Shown here: one piece after another, positions 12,930 through 29,467 of the stretch
Layout of the letters: each line of letters begins with the position of its first letter
Position numbering within the stretch: position 1 is the first letter of the stretch
Assembly (NCBI GenBank): GCA_964016885.1
Contig: CAXHJY010001609.1
Coordinates: 248,001 to 312,000, forward strand
Source: Eledone cirrhosa
Taxonomy: Eukaryota
Length of the DNA: 64,000 nucleotides
Direction of reading: 5' to 3'
Notes under the pieces: model-generated
Database searches by the model: none
Seen by the model: only the letters and a program-made list of their open reading frames with translations
What the model was told of the DNA's origin: nothing
Program-made: the position numbers and the translations under genes

Positions 12930-12966
12930 GAATTTGATAACCAGAGCACTTCTGCAGACAGTGGCT
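12930..12966 (+). CDS. KIF20A: Kinesin-6 exon 4 (37-nt mini-exon)
   Basis: TTGCAG|EFDNQSTSADSG|GTGAGT; supplies the phase needed between exons 3 and 5. Confidence 0.7.
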
Positions 12967-13684
12967 GTGAGTCATGCACTTTGGATGCACATGAAACTGG
13001 CCAAGATGAGGAATGGTGACCTAGTGGTTAGGGTGTTGGACTAATGACCATAAAGTCATGGGTTCAATTCCTGGACTAGGTGGCTTTGTTGTTTTTTGAG
13101 CAAGACATTTCTTTTTATATTACTTTGATGATAGAATTGGGGGGGGGGGGGTCCTATCATTAAAAAACTCGTGAAACCTCGTATGGGCTACAAACCTCTC
13201 GGGACAGACTTTAGGACAGACATGTGTTTGTGTGTGATAGGACTGAGGGCTGTTATCATGAAAAAAACTCAAGATGCAACTGTTTGGGAGGCCAGCTAAA
13301 CCTATAAATGCGTACATGTGTGTGATAGGACTATGGGCTGCTATCATTAACCCTTTAGCATTTAAACTGGCCATATTTGGCCAGAGTTCTGACCACTTTC
13401 TGTTCAAACTGATTTTAACCAGCCACTCTTATTTTATGGTATTCTCATAATAAATAATATCAAAATCTCGTAGATTCGATTTTATATGAGGTAAAACATT
13501 TACCATGAAAATATAATAGTAAATATAGAGTAATGTAAATACTAAACCTGTAAATGTGTGTATGTATGTGTATATATATATATATAAAAGTATTGAAGTT
13601 TTCGTTGAAAAAGTCAGTGGAATGAAGAGTGCTCTATGTAAGTTACAGAGCTAAATATTTAATGTATAATAAACAATACAATAT

Positions 13685-13763
13685 AATTACCTCATTACCA
13701 AAGGTTTCCTGAATAAGACGAATACAAGAAACGTCCGCATTCGTTTCGTCAGACAAGGCAATT
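13685..13763 (-). ncRNA. Type I hammerhead-like motif (family F)
   Basis: AATTGCCTTGT CTGACGA A ACGAATGCGG..CTTGTATTCGT cttattcag GAAA CC TTT GG TA ATGAGGTAATT. Stem I is 11 bp; the base of stem II is irregular. The element is flanked by (TA)n. Confidence 0.5.
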
Positions 13764-14541
13764 TAAAACATAGTGCTATATGTATATATATATATATATA
13801 AAAATGAAGAATTAGAAATAGAAGCCAGGACTATCCGTCATCAGTGGTCTACTAGCCATCATAGGTATTTCTTCGCATTACAGACCCTATACCTCAGGCT
13901 AGGGTGATGCAATAACTAAAATAAGTTATTGGGATAAAAAGAGTTGGGTGGAGAAAGAGAGACAGGTAAACAAACACGAATGGTGAGGCAACGTAAAGAG
14001 AGGAAAAAATGAGAAAATCAAGTCAATAATTCATATATATATAATAGAGGCACATGGCTTAGTGGTTAGAGCATTGGTCTTGCAATCGAAAGGTTGTGAG
14101 TTCAATTCTCAGACTGGGTGATGTGTTGTTTCCTTGAGCAAGACACTTTATTTCACATGCTCCAGTTTACTCAGCTGTAGAAATGAGATGATAGGGACTG
14201 GGATACCTATCATTCCACTGCAAAGTGGTCGTGGAGGTGCCACGGCAAAAAAAAGCACCCAGCACTCACTGTAAATGAGGTTGGTGTTAGGAAGGGCATC
14301 CAGCTGTAGAAATCAAGCCAGAATCAGTTCCTGTCCCACCCTTGCAAGCAGGGAAAAAGCGAACGTAAAATGAAATGATAAATGAAATGAAATGATATAT
14401 ATGTGTATATATATATATATTTGTGTGTGTGTGTGAGAGGACTAAGGGCTGCTATCATTAAAGCCTCCAAGAAACCTCCGAGATGCAAGCATGTAGGAGG
14501 CCAACTAAACCATTTTATTTAAATTGTTTGATTTTCTGCAG

Positions 14542-14745
14542 ATTCTGACATCAATGAGGAAGACTTGCTCCGTTCAACCCAGCTGGAGGACTCCATGTTT
14601 TCCAACCAATTGAAGTACTCGGTGTGGATCAGTTTTGCCGAGGTCTACAATGAACAGGTTTTTGATCTGTTGGTCACTCAGATCCATAAGAGACGCAACA
14701 TCTTGAAGCTGGGCCAGGACAGGAATGGTAACCATTATATTCGAG
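14542..14745 (+). CDS. KIF20A: Kinesin-6 exon 5
   Basis: YSVWISFAEVYNEQVFDLL...NHYIRG. Confidence 0.92.
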
Positions 14746-15392
14746 GTGAGTACTAATACTTTGCTTTTAATATGGAGATTTATATAGTGGGGTGGGCAGA
14801 AAATATTTATATGGTGGTGGGGTGGTTGTTGCCATAAAATATACAAAACAGAACACACCTAGTACAGTAAAGTGGTAGTATTGGTGTCTCAAAAATGCAC
14901 CCAGTCCACTCTGTAAAGTGGTAGTGGAGGTACTACGATAAAATGCGCCCAGCTGGTGCTTTGATAAAATTTATTCAGCCCACCCTGTAAAGTGATAATG
15001 CTGGTGCTGCGAAAAAACACACCCAGTACAGTAATTTGGTAGTGCAGGTGTCATAGAAATGTAGCCAGTACATTCTGAAAAGTCGTAGTGGAGGTACCAT
15101 GATAAAATGCACCTAGCTGATGCTGTAAAATAGTAAGTGCTGGTGCTTCAAAAAAACACACCCAGTACACTCTGTAAAGTGATAGTGCTAGTTCTACGAA
15201 AAAACACACACCAGTACACTCTGTAAAGTGATAGTGATGGTGCCACAAAATACACTCAGTACTCTCTGTAAAGTTGTACTGCTGGTGTCATCCAATCCAT
15301 ACTAAGCATGGGAAACAAATGTTGATGGTGGTTGTGGTGATTGTTTTTGACCATTGTCTTGATTTCTTTGTGTGTGTGTGTTTGTGTTCTAG

Positions 15393-15504
15393 GTTTGACA
15401 GAAGTGAATGTCTCCACCATTGAAGAAGCCCAGAAATTTCTGCTTTTGGGCCAGACAAACCTCCACAAAGCAGCGACAACACTCAACGATAATTCATCTC
15501 GAAG
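15393..15504 (+). CDS. KIF20A: Kinesin-6 exon 6 (switch I)
   Basis: LTEVNVSTIEEA...AATTLNDNSSRS. Confidence 0.92.
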
Positions 15505-16150
15505 GTCAGTGTTTACTTATTGATATTTACATCTTATTCCATTTGATGAAACTAATACTTCATGAAATTGCATCCTCTTTTTTACTCAGGTTTTGTTTCC
15601 TTGAGATATATATATATATATGGTGGCATTGGCCTTGAAATATATATATATATGGTAGAGCATTGGCCATGAGATATATATATATATATATATATATATG
15701 GTAGAGCATTGGCCTTGCAATCAAAAGGTTATGAGTTCAATTCTCAGACCGGGTGATGTGTTGTTTCCTTGAGCAAGACACTTTATTTCACATTGCTCCA
15801 GTTTACTCAGCTGTAGAAATGAGATGATAGGGACTGGGGTCCCTATCATTCCACTGCAAAGTAGTCGTGGAGGTGCCACGGCAAAAAAGCACCCAGCCCA
15901 CACTGTAAAAGTGGTCGTGTCGGCGCCACAAAAAAAGAACAACCAGCACTCACTGTAAATGAGGTTGGTGTTAGGAAGGGCATCCAGCTGTAGAAACCAA
16001 GCCAGAATCAGTTCCCGTCTCACCCTTGCAAGCAGGGAAAAGCGGACATAAAATGATGATGATGATAATGATGAATCCAAAATCATCAATCCCACTTACA
16101 TAATATATCTCTCACCAAATTCAATTCATTTCTTTCTCTTCCTATTGTAG

Positions 16151-16222
16151 CCATTGTATATTTAATATAAAACTCTTAGAAGTTCTTAACCGGGAGAATC
16201 ATAGTGGTGTTAAAGTCAGCAT
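16151..16222 (+). CDS. KIF20A: Kinesin-6 exon 7
   Basis: (S)HCIFNIKLLEV...VKVSM; TGTAG/GTGAGT boundaries. Confidence 0.88.
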
Positions 16223-16337
16223 GTGAGTACTCTTACATTTCTTTTACTGCTACCATTGCTCTCTCTCTCTCTCTCTCTCTCTCTATTCTGTTACTGGTTT
16301 CAGTCATTAGACAATGCTGTGTTAACTTATTTTATAT

Positions 16338-17040
16338 ATGGCGTCTGCCTCAGGAATTCTGATTAGCTGACAACATCTGTGTCAGATGTCTGTCTGTGAT
16401 TACTGTGTATGGGCAGTGTCTGTTGACAGTTGTGTGCTTGATGCCAATGTATTTGCTGTCTCCTCTTGATATCTGTGAGGTATTTGTGATTCGTTTCAGT
16501 TTCCCCCTGCCCCCCATGGCGTCTGCCTCAGGAATTCTGATTAGCTGACAAGATCTGTGACAGATGTCTGTCTGTGATTACTGTGTATGGGCAGTGTCTG
16601 TTGACAGTTGTGTGCTTGATGCCAATGTATTTGCTGTCTCCTCTTGATATCTGTGAGGTATTTGTGATTCGTTTCAGTTTCCCCCTGCCCCCCATGGCGT
16701 CTGCCTCAGGAATTCTGATTAGCTGACAAGATCTGTGACAGATGTCTGTGATTACTGTGTATGGGCAGTGTCTGTTGACAGTTGTGTGCTTGATGCCAAT
16801 GTATTTGCTGTCTCCTCTTGATATCTGTGAGGTATTTGTGATTCGTTTCAGTTTCCCCCTGCCCCCCATGGCGTCTGCCTCAGGAATTCTGATTAGCTGA
16901 CAAGATCTGTGACAGATGTCTGTGATTACTGTGTATGGGCAGTGTCTGTTGACAGTTGTGTGCTTGATGCCAATGTATTTGCTGTCTCCTCTTGATATCT
17001 GTGAGGTATTTGTGATTCGTTTCAGTTTGCCCTTGCCCCC
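16338..17040. repeat. ~175-bp tandem repeat x4
   Basis: ATGGCGTCTGCCTCAGGAATTC at 16338, 16516, 16694 and 16868; single copy in the inverted arm (23236-23408). Confidence 0.9.
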
Positions 17041-17529
17041 CAAAACTTTTGGCCTTCTGCCTAAATCAGAAACCGTTATTATTTTTGGAGGGCGTTGGAT
17101 TGGCAGTATCGGTAGAGCGTCGGACACCATGCTTTGCAGCATAGAGTTATGGCGCTTAACGTTCTGCGTTCAAATCCCGCTGGCTGAGGTTAGCTTTGCC
17201 TTACATCCATTTAAGGTTGATAAAATAAAGTACCAGTAATGTACTGGGTAATTGCTGGCCTTGTGCCTAAAATAGAAACAATTATTAGTTTGGTGGATTG
17301 GCAGTATCGTTAGAGGGTCGGACGCCATACTTTCTAGCATAGTTACGTCCCTTTATGATCTGAGTTCAAATTTCGCCGAGGTTAACTTTGCCTTTCATCC
17401 TTACAGGGGTCGATAAAATAAAGTACCAGTAATGTACTGGGTAATTGCTGGCCTTGTGCCTAAAATAGAAACAATTATTTTTACATTATTTAAACTTTTT
17501 TTTGTTTGTTTTGTTTTTGTCTTGTTTAG

Positions 17530-17676
17530 GTTGTCACTGTGTGACTTGGCTGGCAGTGAACGGGCATCTAAAACCTATTCTACTGGAGACCGACTGAAAG
17601 AGGCCGGCAACATCAACACCTCGCTGTTAACTCTTGGTCGTTGTATTGAAACAATGAGGGTTAATCAGATAAGAAG
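17530..17676 (+). CDS. KIF20A: Kinesin-6 exon 8 (switch II)
   Basis: [11 protein letters not shown]...[19 protein letters not shown], a KIF20-type signature. Confidence 0.93.
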
Positions 17677-18013
17677 GTGAGTTGAGGCAAAAGTAGGACA
17701 GGAACCTTTACTAGCAGAGAAAGTGGATATTGAATGATTGTGGGGTAGATGTTGGGGTTGTATATATATTTATACATAGGGATTGTATTGTCCAGTTACT
17801 GTAGGTTCACCAGAGTGAGCACTTGATGTGTAGTTTCCAGTTGGTATATTAGTGTTGTACTAAGCAGAGTGTAATACTAATAAAAATAAAAAGGGCAAAG
17901 TGTTAGATCTTCGTTATGTTTATTGAGGTTTGATGCGCGTTTCGTGATTTGTATAGTATTAATGTCTGGTTAAACTTGAGTATTTATTTATTTATATATA
18001 CATTTTTTTGTAG

Positions 18014-18507
18014 GGACTTTCCGAGACTGAACCCTTACCGAGATAGCAAATTAACCCGTCTATTCAAGGGTTTCTTCAATGGTCATGGCAAGGCCATAAT
18101 GATTGTCAACGTGAACAAATGTAGCAAGGTGTTCGACGAGAGCCTCCAGGTGTTCAAGTTCTCCGCCATTGCCAAGCAGGTTGTCATCCAGAAGGACCCA
18201 CTGAAGGCACCGGCACTCGAATTATCTCCTGTCCTCCCTCTTCGACCCTTATCTAACCTTCAGAAGGACCCACTGGAGGCACCGGCACTCGAATTATCTC
18301 CTGTCCTCCCTCTTCGACCCTTATCTAACCTTCAGAAGGACCCACTGGAGGCACCGGCACTCGAATTATCTCCTGTCCTCCCTCTTCGACCCTTATCTAA
18401 CCTTCAGAAGGACCCACTGGAGGCACCGGCAGTGAACGTATCTCCTCTCCTCCCTCTTCGACCCTTATCTAACCTTGAGCGGGTTTCAATACCTTCGGCT
18501 GAAGACG
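18014..18507 (+). CDS. KIF20A: Kinesin-6 exon 9 (motor end plus 24-aa repeats); reads to a stop at 18515 if unspliced
   Basis: PYRDSKLTRLF...MIVNV...FSAIAKQV followed by 4x QKDPLEAPALELSPVLPLRPLSNL; possible donor GTAATT at 18508. Confidence 0.85.
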
Positions 18508-19019
18508 GTAATTAATTTTCACCACCTTTGCTTACATTTCAGTCCCCCTCCCCTCACACTATCTGAACCCTCACCTTCCATGTTTAGAGAGCAACTGGGT
18601 GACCCCTGTGGGAATCATCATCATCATCATCATTTCATTTTACGTCCACTTTTAACTGCTTACAAGGGTGGGACGGGAACTGATTCTGGCTTGATTTCTA
18701 CAGCTGGATGCCCTTCCTAACACCAACCTCATTTACAGAGAGTGCTGGGTGCTTTTTTGCCGTGGCACCTCCACGACCACTTTACAGTGGAATGATAGGG
18801 ACCCCAGTCCCTATCATCTCATTTCTACAGCTGAGTAAATTGGAGCAACGTGAAATAAAGTGTCTTGCTCAAGGAAACAACACATCACCCGGTCTGAGAA
18901 TTGAACTCACAACCTTTCGATTGCAAGGCCAATGCTCTAACCACTAAGCCATGTGCCTCCATAATTCTGCAGTTTAATTAGAATCAATCACAAAGTATTA
19001 AAGATCAATACAAATATAT

Positions 19020-19540
19020 CATCATCATCATCATCACCGTTTTACGTCCGTTCTTCCACGCTAGCATGGGTTAGACGGGTTGTCCTGTTGTGGGCAGTGT
19101 CCGGTCGGCTAACCTTGTCTTGCTCATATGGGAACTGATTCTAGCTTGATTTCTACAGCTGGATGCCCTTCCTAACACCAACCTCATTTACAGTGTGGGC
19201 TGAGTGCTCTTTTGCAGTGGGAGGGTGTGGGGGCATATTGTCTATATGCTTCAGCTTTGGCTTGTACCCATGGGAAGGGTCGGGTCTTCTGTATTACTGC
19301 GTCACGCCAGAGGTCACGGTTGTGTGTCATTGTCTTTGAGAGGTGTAATTGGGTAACGTCGGCTTTTATCACCTCATCCCAAGTCTTCTTGAGTCTCCCC
19401 ACTCCGCGGTTTCCATCGACTTCTAGTGCACTGCACCTTTTTATGCAGCTGTCACCCTTCATATGCATCACATGTCCATACCAACGCAACCGCCTCTCCT
19501 GCACACAGCATTTGATTCCTCTTATGCTCAGTCTCTTTCT

Positions 19541-19545
<5 letters not shown>
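19020..19545 (-). mobile_element. RTE LINE 3' fragment (mirror at 19950-20475, + strand)
   Basis: RRLRWYGHVMHM...KKTWDEVIK plus 3'UTR and (GAT)n tail. Confidence 0.8.
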
Positions 19546-19602
<57 letters not shown>

Positions 19603-19634
19603 AGAACAAAAGATGGTTAAAGGAGTTCCATGTA

Positions 19635-19701
19635 TTTTATTATGCGCATTTCAAAAACAAATATCATCATGTAATAATATTTGTGTTTTCATCAGATAAA
19701 A
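19635..19701 (-). ncRNA. Type I hammerhead ribozyme (family B)
   Basis: Reverse complement of 19817-19883. Confidence 0.75.
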
Positions 19702-19816
19702 CAGGAGGACATGATATGAAGGCTAAAAAACACTTGTGGATAGTTCATTGATTTAAAACTGATTTAAAACTGCACTATCCACAAGTGTTTTTTAGCCTTC
19801 ATATCATGTCCTCCTG

Positions 19817-19883
19817 TTTTATCTGATGAAAACACAAATATTATTACATGATGATATTTGTTTTTGAAATGCGCATAATAAAA
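19817..19883 (+). ncRNA. Type I hammerhead ribozyme (family B)
   Basis: TTTTAT CTGATGA AAACACAAATATTAT..ATGATATTTGTTTTT GAAA TGCGCA TA ATAAAA. Stem III is palindromic and the cleavage triplet is AUA. Confidence 0.78.
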
Positions 19884-20987
19884 TACATGGAACTCCTTTA
19901 ACCATCTTTTGTTCTTATATATTATATATAAATATATATATATATATATTGAGAAAGAGACTGAGCATAAGAGGAATCAAATGCTGTGTGCAGGAGAGGC
20001 GGTTGCGTTGGTATGGACATGTGATGCATATGAAGGGTGACAGCTGCATAAAAAGGTGCAGTGCACTAGAAGTCGATGGAAACCGCGGAGTGGGGAGACT
20101 CAAGAAGACTTGGGATGAGGTGATAAAAGCCGACGTTACCCAATTACACCTCTCAAAGACAATGACACACAACCGTGACCTCTGGCGTGACGCAGTAATA
20201 CAGAAGACCCGACCCTTCCCATGGGTACAAGCCAAAGCTGAAGCATATAGACAATATGCCCCCACACCCTCCCACTGCAAAAGAGCACTCAGCCCACACT
20301 GTAAATGAGGTTGGTGTTAGGAAGGGCATCCAGCTGTAGAAATCAAGCTAGAATCAGTTCCCATATGAGCAAGACAAGGTTAGCCGACCGGACATTGCCC
20401 ACAACAGGACAACCCGTCTAACCCATGCTAGCGTGGAAGAACGGACGTAAAACGGTGATGATGATGATGATGATGATATATTTGTATTGATCTTTAATAC
20501 TTTGTGATTGATTCTAATTAAACTGCAGAATTATGGAGACACATGGCTTAGTGGTTAGAGCATTGGCCTTGCAATCGAAAGGTTGTGAGTTCAATTCTCA
20601 GACCGGGTGATGTGTTGTTTCCTTGAGCAAGACACTTTATTTCACGTTGCTCCAATTTACTCAGCTGTAGAAATGAGATGATAGGGACTGGGGTCCCTAT
20701 CATTCCACTGTAAAGTGGTCGTGGAGGTGCCACGGCAAAAAAGCACCCAGCACTCACTGTAAATGAGGTTGGTGTTAGGAAGGGCATCCAGCTGTAGAAA
20801 TCAAGCCAGAATCAGTTCCCGTCCCACCCTTGTAAGCAGTTAAAAGTGGACGTAAAATGAAATGATGATGATGATGATGATTCCCACAGGGGTCACCCAG
20901 TTGCTCTCTAAACATGGAAGGTGAGGGTTCAGATAGTGCGAGGGGAGGGGGACTGAAATGTAAGCAAAGGTGGTGAAAATTAATTAC

Positions 20988-23609
20988 CGTCTTCAGCCGA
21001 AGGTATCGAAACCCGCTCAAGGTTAGATAAGGGTCGAAGAGGGAGGAGAGGAGATACGTTCACTGCCAGTGCCTCCAGTGGGTCCTTCTGAAGGTTAGAT
21101 AAGGGTCGAAGAGGGAGGACAGGAGATAATTCGAGTGCCGGTGCCTCCAGTGGGTCCTTCTGAAGGTTAGATAAGGGTCGAAGAGGGAGGACAGGAGATA
21201 ATTCGAGTGCCGGTGCCTTCAGTGGGTCCTTCTGGATGACAATCTGCTTGGCAATGGCGGAGAACTTGAACACCTGGAGGCTCTCGTCGAACACCTTGCT
21301 ACATTTGTTCACGTTGACAATCATTATGGCCTTGCCATGACCATTGAAGAAACCCTGGAATAGACGGGTTAACTTGCTGTTTCGGTAAGGGATCAGTCTC
21401 GGAAAGTCCCTACAAAAAAATGTATATATAAATAAATAAATACTCAAGTTTAACCAGACATTAATACTATACAAAGACTGATAATACACACAGCTAATAC
21501 TATACACACACACATTAACACAATACCTCACACCTCTATATTAAACACTGACGACACATAACAAATGTATATACATATATATATATACATCTTGCTAACC
21601 CATGCTAGCATGGAAAAATGGACATTAAACAGTGATATTTTTTTTTTTTTTTTCAATTTACATCCACTTTTCCCTGCTTGCAAGGGTGGGACGGGAACCG
21701 ATTCTGGCTCGATTTCTACAGCTGGATGCCCTTCCTAACACCAACCTCATTTACAGTGGGTACTGGGTGCTTTTTTGCCGTGGCACCTCCACGTCCACTT
21801 TACAGTGAGTGCAGAGTGCTTTTTTGCCGTGGCACCTCCACGTCCACTTTACAGTGAGTGCAGAGTGCTTTTTTGCCGTGGCACCTCCACGTCCACTTTA
21901 CAGTGAGTGCTGGGTGCTTTTTTGCCGTGGCACCTCCACGACCACTTTGCAGTGGAATGATAGGGACCCCAGTCCCTAACATCTCATTTCTACAGCTGAG
22001 TAAATGTGAAATAAAGTGTCTTGCTCATGGAAACAACACCACATCCCCCGGTCTGAGAATTGAACTATAACCTTTCGATTGCAAGGCCAATGCTCTAACC
22101 ACTAAGCCATGTGCCTCCTATATATATATGTACACACACACACACAAATCGTTTTAACATCCACGTTCCCTGTTGCAAGGGTTAGAAATATGTATGTATG
22201 TGTATATATAATGACATTACCATAACAGAAGCTCAACAAGCTTTTGAATCCAGAGTCAGGCCAGATCAATACAGATCGAGCCTTAAGCTGATCAATCACG
22301 AAACGCGCATCAAACCTCAATAAACGTAACGCAGATCTAACACTTTGCCCTTTTTATTTTTATTAGTATTACACTCTGCTTAGTGCAACACTAATATACC
22401 AACTGGAAACTACACATCAAGTGCTCACTCTGGTGAACCTACAGTAACTGGACAATACAATCCCTATGTATAAATATATATACAACCCCAACATCTACCC
22501 CACAATCATTCAATATCCACTTTCTCTGCTAGTAAAGGTTCCTGTCCTACTTTTGCCTCAACTCACTTTCTTATCTGATTAATCCTCATTGTTTCAATAC
22601 ATTGAGTGAGAGTTAACAGCGAGGTGTTGATGTTGCCGGCCTCTTTCAGTCGGTCTCCAGTAGAATGGGTTTTACATGTTCGTTCACTGCCAGCCAAGTC
22701 ACACGGTGACAACCTAAACAAAACAAAAACAAAACAAACAAAAAAAAGTTTAAATAATGTAAAAATAATTGTTTCTATTTTAGGCACAAGGCCAGCAATT
22801 ACCCAGTACATTACTGGTACTTTATTTTATCGACCCATATAAGGATGAAAGGCAAAGTTAACCTCGGCGAAATTTGAACTCAGATCATAAAGGGACGTAA
22901 CTATGCTAGAAAGTATGGCGTCCGACCCTCTAATGATACTGCCAATCCACCAAACTAATAATTGTTTCTACTTTAGGCACAAGGCCAGCAATTTGGTGAG
23001 GAGAGGTTAAGTTGATTAAATCGACCCCAGTGCAATACTGGTACTTTATTTTATCAACCTTAAATGGATGAAAGGCAAAGCTAACCTCAGCCAGCGGGAT
23101 TTGAACGCAGAACGTAAAGGGCCATAACTCTATGCTGCAAAGCATGGTGTCCGACGCTCTACCGATACTGCCAATCCAACGCCCTCCAAAAATAATAACG
23201 GTTTCTGATTTAGGCAGAAGGCCAAAAGTTTTGGGCGGCAGGGGGGAAACTGAAACGAATCACAAATACCTCACAGATATCAAGAGGAGACAGCAAATAC
23301 ATTGGCATCGAGCACACAACTGTCAACAGACACTGCCCATACACAGTAATCACAGACATCTGACACAGATCTTGTCAGCTAATCAGAATTCCTGAGGCAG
23401 ACGCCATATATAAAACAAGTTAACACAGCATTGTCTAATGACTGAAACCAGTAACAGAATACAGAGAGAGAGAGCGAGAGAGAGGAGAGAGAGCGAGAGA
23501 GTAATGGTAGGAGTAAGAGAAATGTAAGAGTACTCACATGCTGACTTTAACAACACTAGGATTCTTCCGGTTCAGAACTTCTAAGAGTTTTATATTAAAT
23601 ATACAATGG
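20988..23609 (-). pseudogene. Partial inverted KIF20-like copy: exons 7 (23538-23609), 8 (22567-22713) and 9 (20988-21409)
   Basis: Open frames and intact splice sites, but exons 1-6 are absent from the window. Carries L>P before DLAGSE and D>N in PYRDS. Confidence 0.8.
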
Positions 23610-24008
23610 CTACAATAGGAAGAGAAAGAAATGAATTGAATTTGGTGAGAGATATATTATGTAAGTGGGATTGATGATTTTGGATTCATCATTATCATCA
23701 TCATCATTTTATGTCCGCTTTTCCCTGCTTACAAGGGTGGGACGGGAACTGATTCTGGCTTGGTTTCTACAGCTGGATGCACTTCCTAACACCAACCTCA
23801 TTTACAGTGAGTGCTGGGTGCTTTTTTGCCGTGTCACCTCCACGACCACTTTGCAGTGGAATGATACGGACCCCAGTCCCTATCATCTCATTTCTACAGC
23901 TGAGTAAACTGGAGCAATGTGAAATAAAGTGTCTTGCTCAAGGAAACAACATATCACCCATTCTGAGAATTGAACTCATAACCTTTCGATTGCAAGGCCA
24001 ATGCTCTA

Positions 24009-24052
<44 letters not shown>

Positions 24053-24313
24053 ATATCTATATATATATATCTATATATATATATCTATATATATATATCT
24101 ATATATATATATCTATATATATATCTATATATATATCTATATATATCTATATATATATATCTATATATATATATCTATATATATATATCTATATATATAT
24201 ATCTATATATATATATCTATATATATATATCTATATATATATATCTATATATATATATCTATATATATATATCTATATATATATCTATATATATATATCT
24301 ATATATATATATA

Positions 24314-25260
24314 GACCAAAAGGTCATCAATGGCGTGGATGACCGGATAAGCCTTCAGTCAGACCTACTGGCTGTTACCCAATGGGCAGAAAAGAACAAC
24401 ATGTTACTGACCGAGGACAAATTCGAACTGATCCACTTTGGAAAAGAGGATGCTCTGAAACTCCCGTACTCCCTTCCCTCCGGGGAAACTCTCGTGGCAT
24501 CTAACAACATCAGAGACTTGGGAGTAACCGTGGACAGCAACATAAGCTGGACCACGCATATAAGCAGCAAAGTTGACATGGCCCGCAGAATGTGTTCCTG
24601 GATCCTCAGAACCTTCCAGTCGAGAGATTCCCGCACCATTATCCTTCTCTTCTCTACTTTCGCCCGACCACACCTTGAATACTGTTGTCCACTGTGGTCT
24701 CCCCACACGAAACAAAGTATCATGAAACTTGAAGCTCCTCAAAGGGCAATCACGAAAAAGATAGATGGCATGTCAGACCTTGACTACTGGGGTCGATTGG
24801 AAAACCTGAAACTTTACTCACTCCAACGTCGCCGTGAGCGTTATATTATCTGCATGATGTGGAAACTGTTCCATCATCACTGCCCAAATGATGTTGGCAT
24901 CGCCTTCAAGATACACCCAAGGCTTCGGCCCCGTGCTATCCGTCCCATTCAAAAATCTAAATCGCAACTCATAACAACAATACGGCACAATTATTTCACC
25001 TCAATCGGCCCTGCTCTCTTCAACATCACAACAAGGACACGTCAAAACAGAAACTGACCACTCAAAATTCAAGAAGTCTTTGGACAAATTCCTCCAAGTA
25101 ATCCCGGACAAACCACCCACACCCGGATATGTCTCCGCAAACAGTAATTCTCTTCTCGAATGGGCCATGGTGCCCAAATCCTGAATTGAAAGACTTCGCC
25201 AGGTGGTGCTATTAAGTTAGACATGGCCTGGGCCAATACTGGCCAAAACATTTCAAAGTT
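24314..25260 (+). mobile_element. CR1-group LINE, 5'-truncated, embedded in (TA)n
   Basis: [29 protein letters not shown] and [10 protein letters not shown] motifs. Confidence 0.85.

Positions 25261-29467
<4,207 letters not shown>

Larger units (their letters stand above)
15690..24012. repeat. Large inverted duplication (arms ~15690-19744 and 19774-24012)
   Basis: Exons 7-9, SINEs and the RTE fragment all recur as reverse complements; 29-nt spacer. Confidence 0.93.

Noticed and set aside
16528-17142. 204-aa repetitive ORF
   Set aside because: Product of the 175-bp intronic tandem repeat plus SINE sequence.
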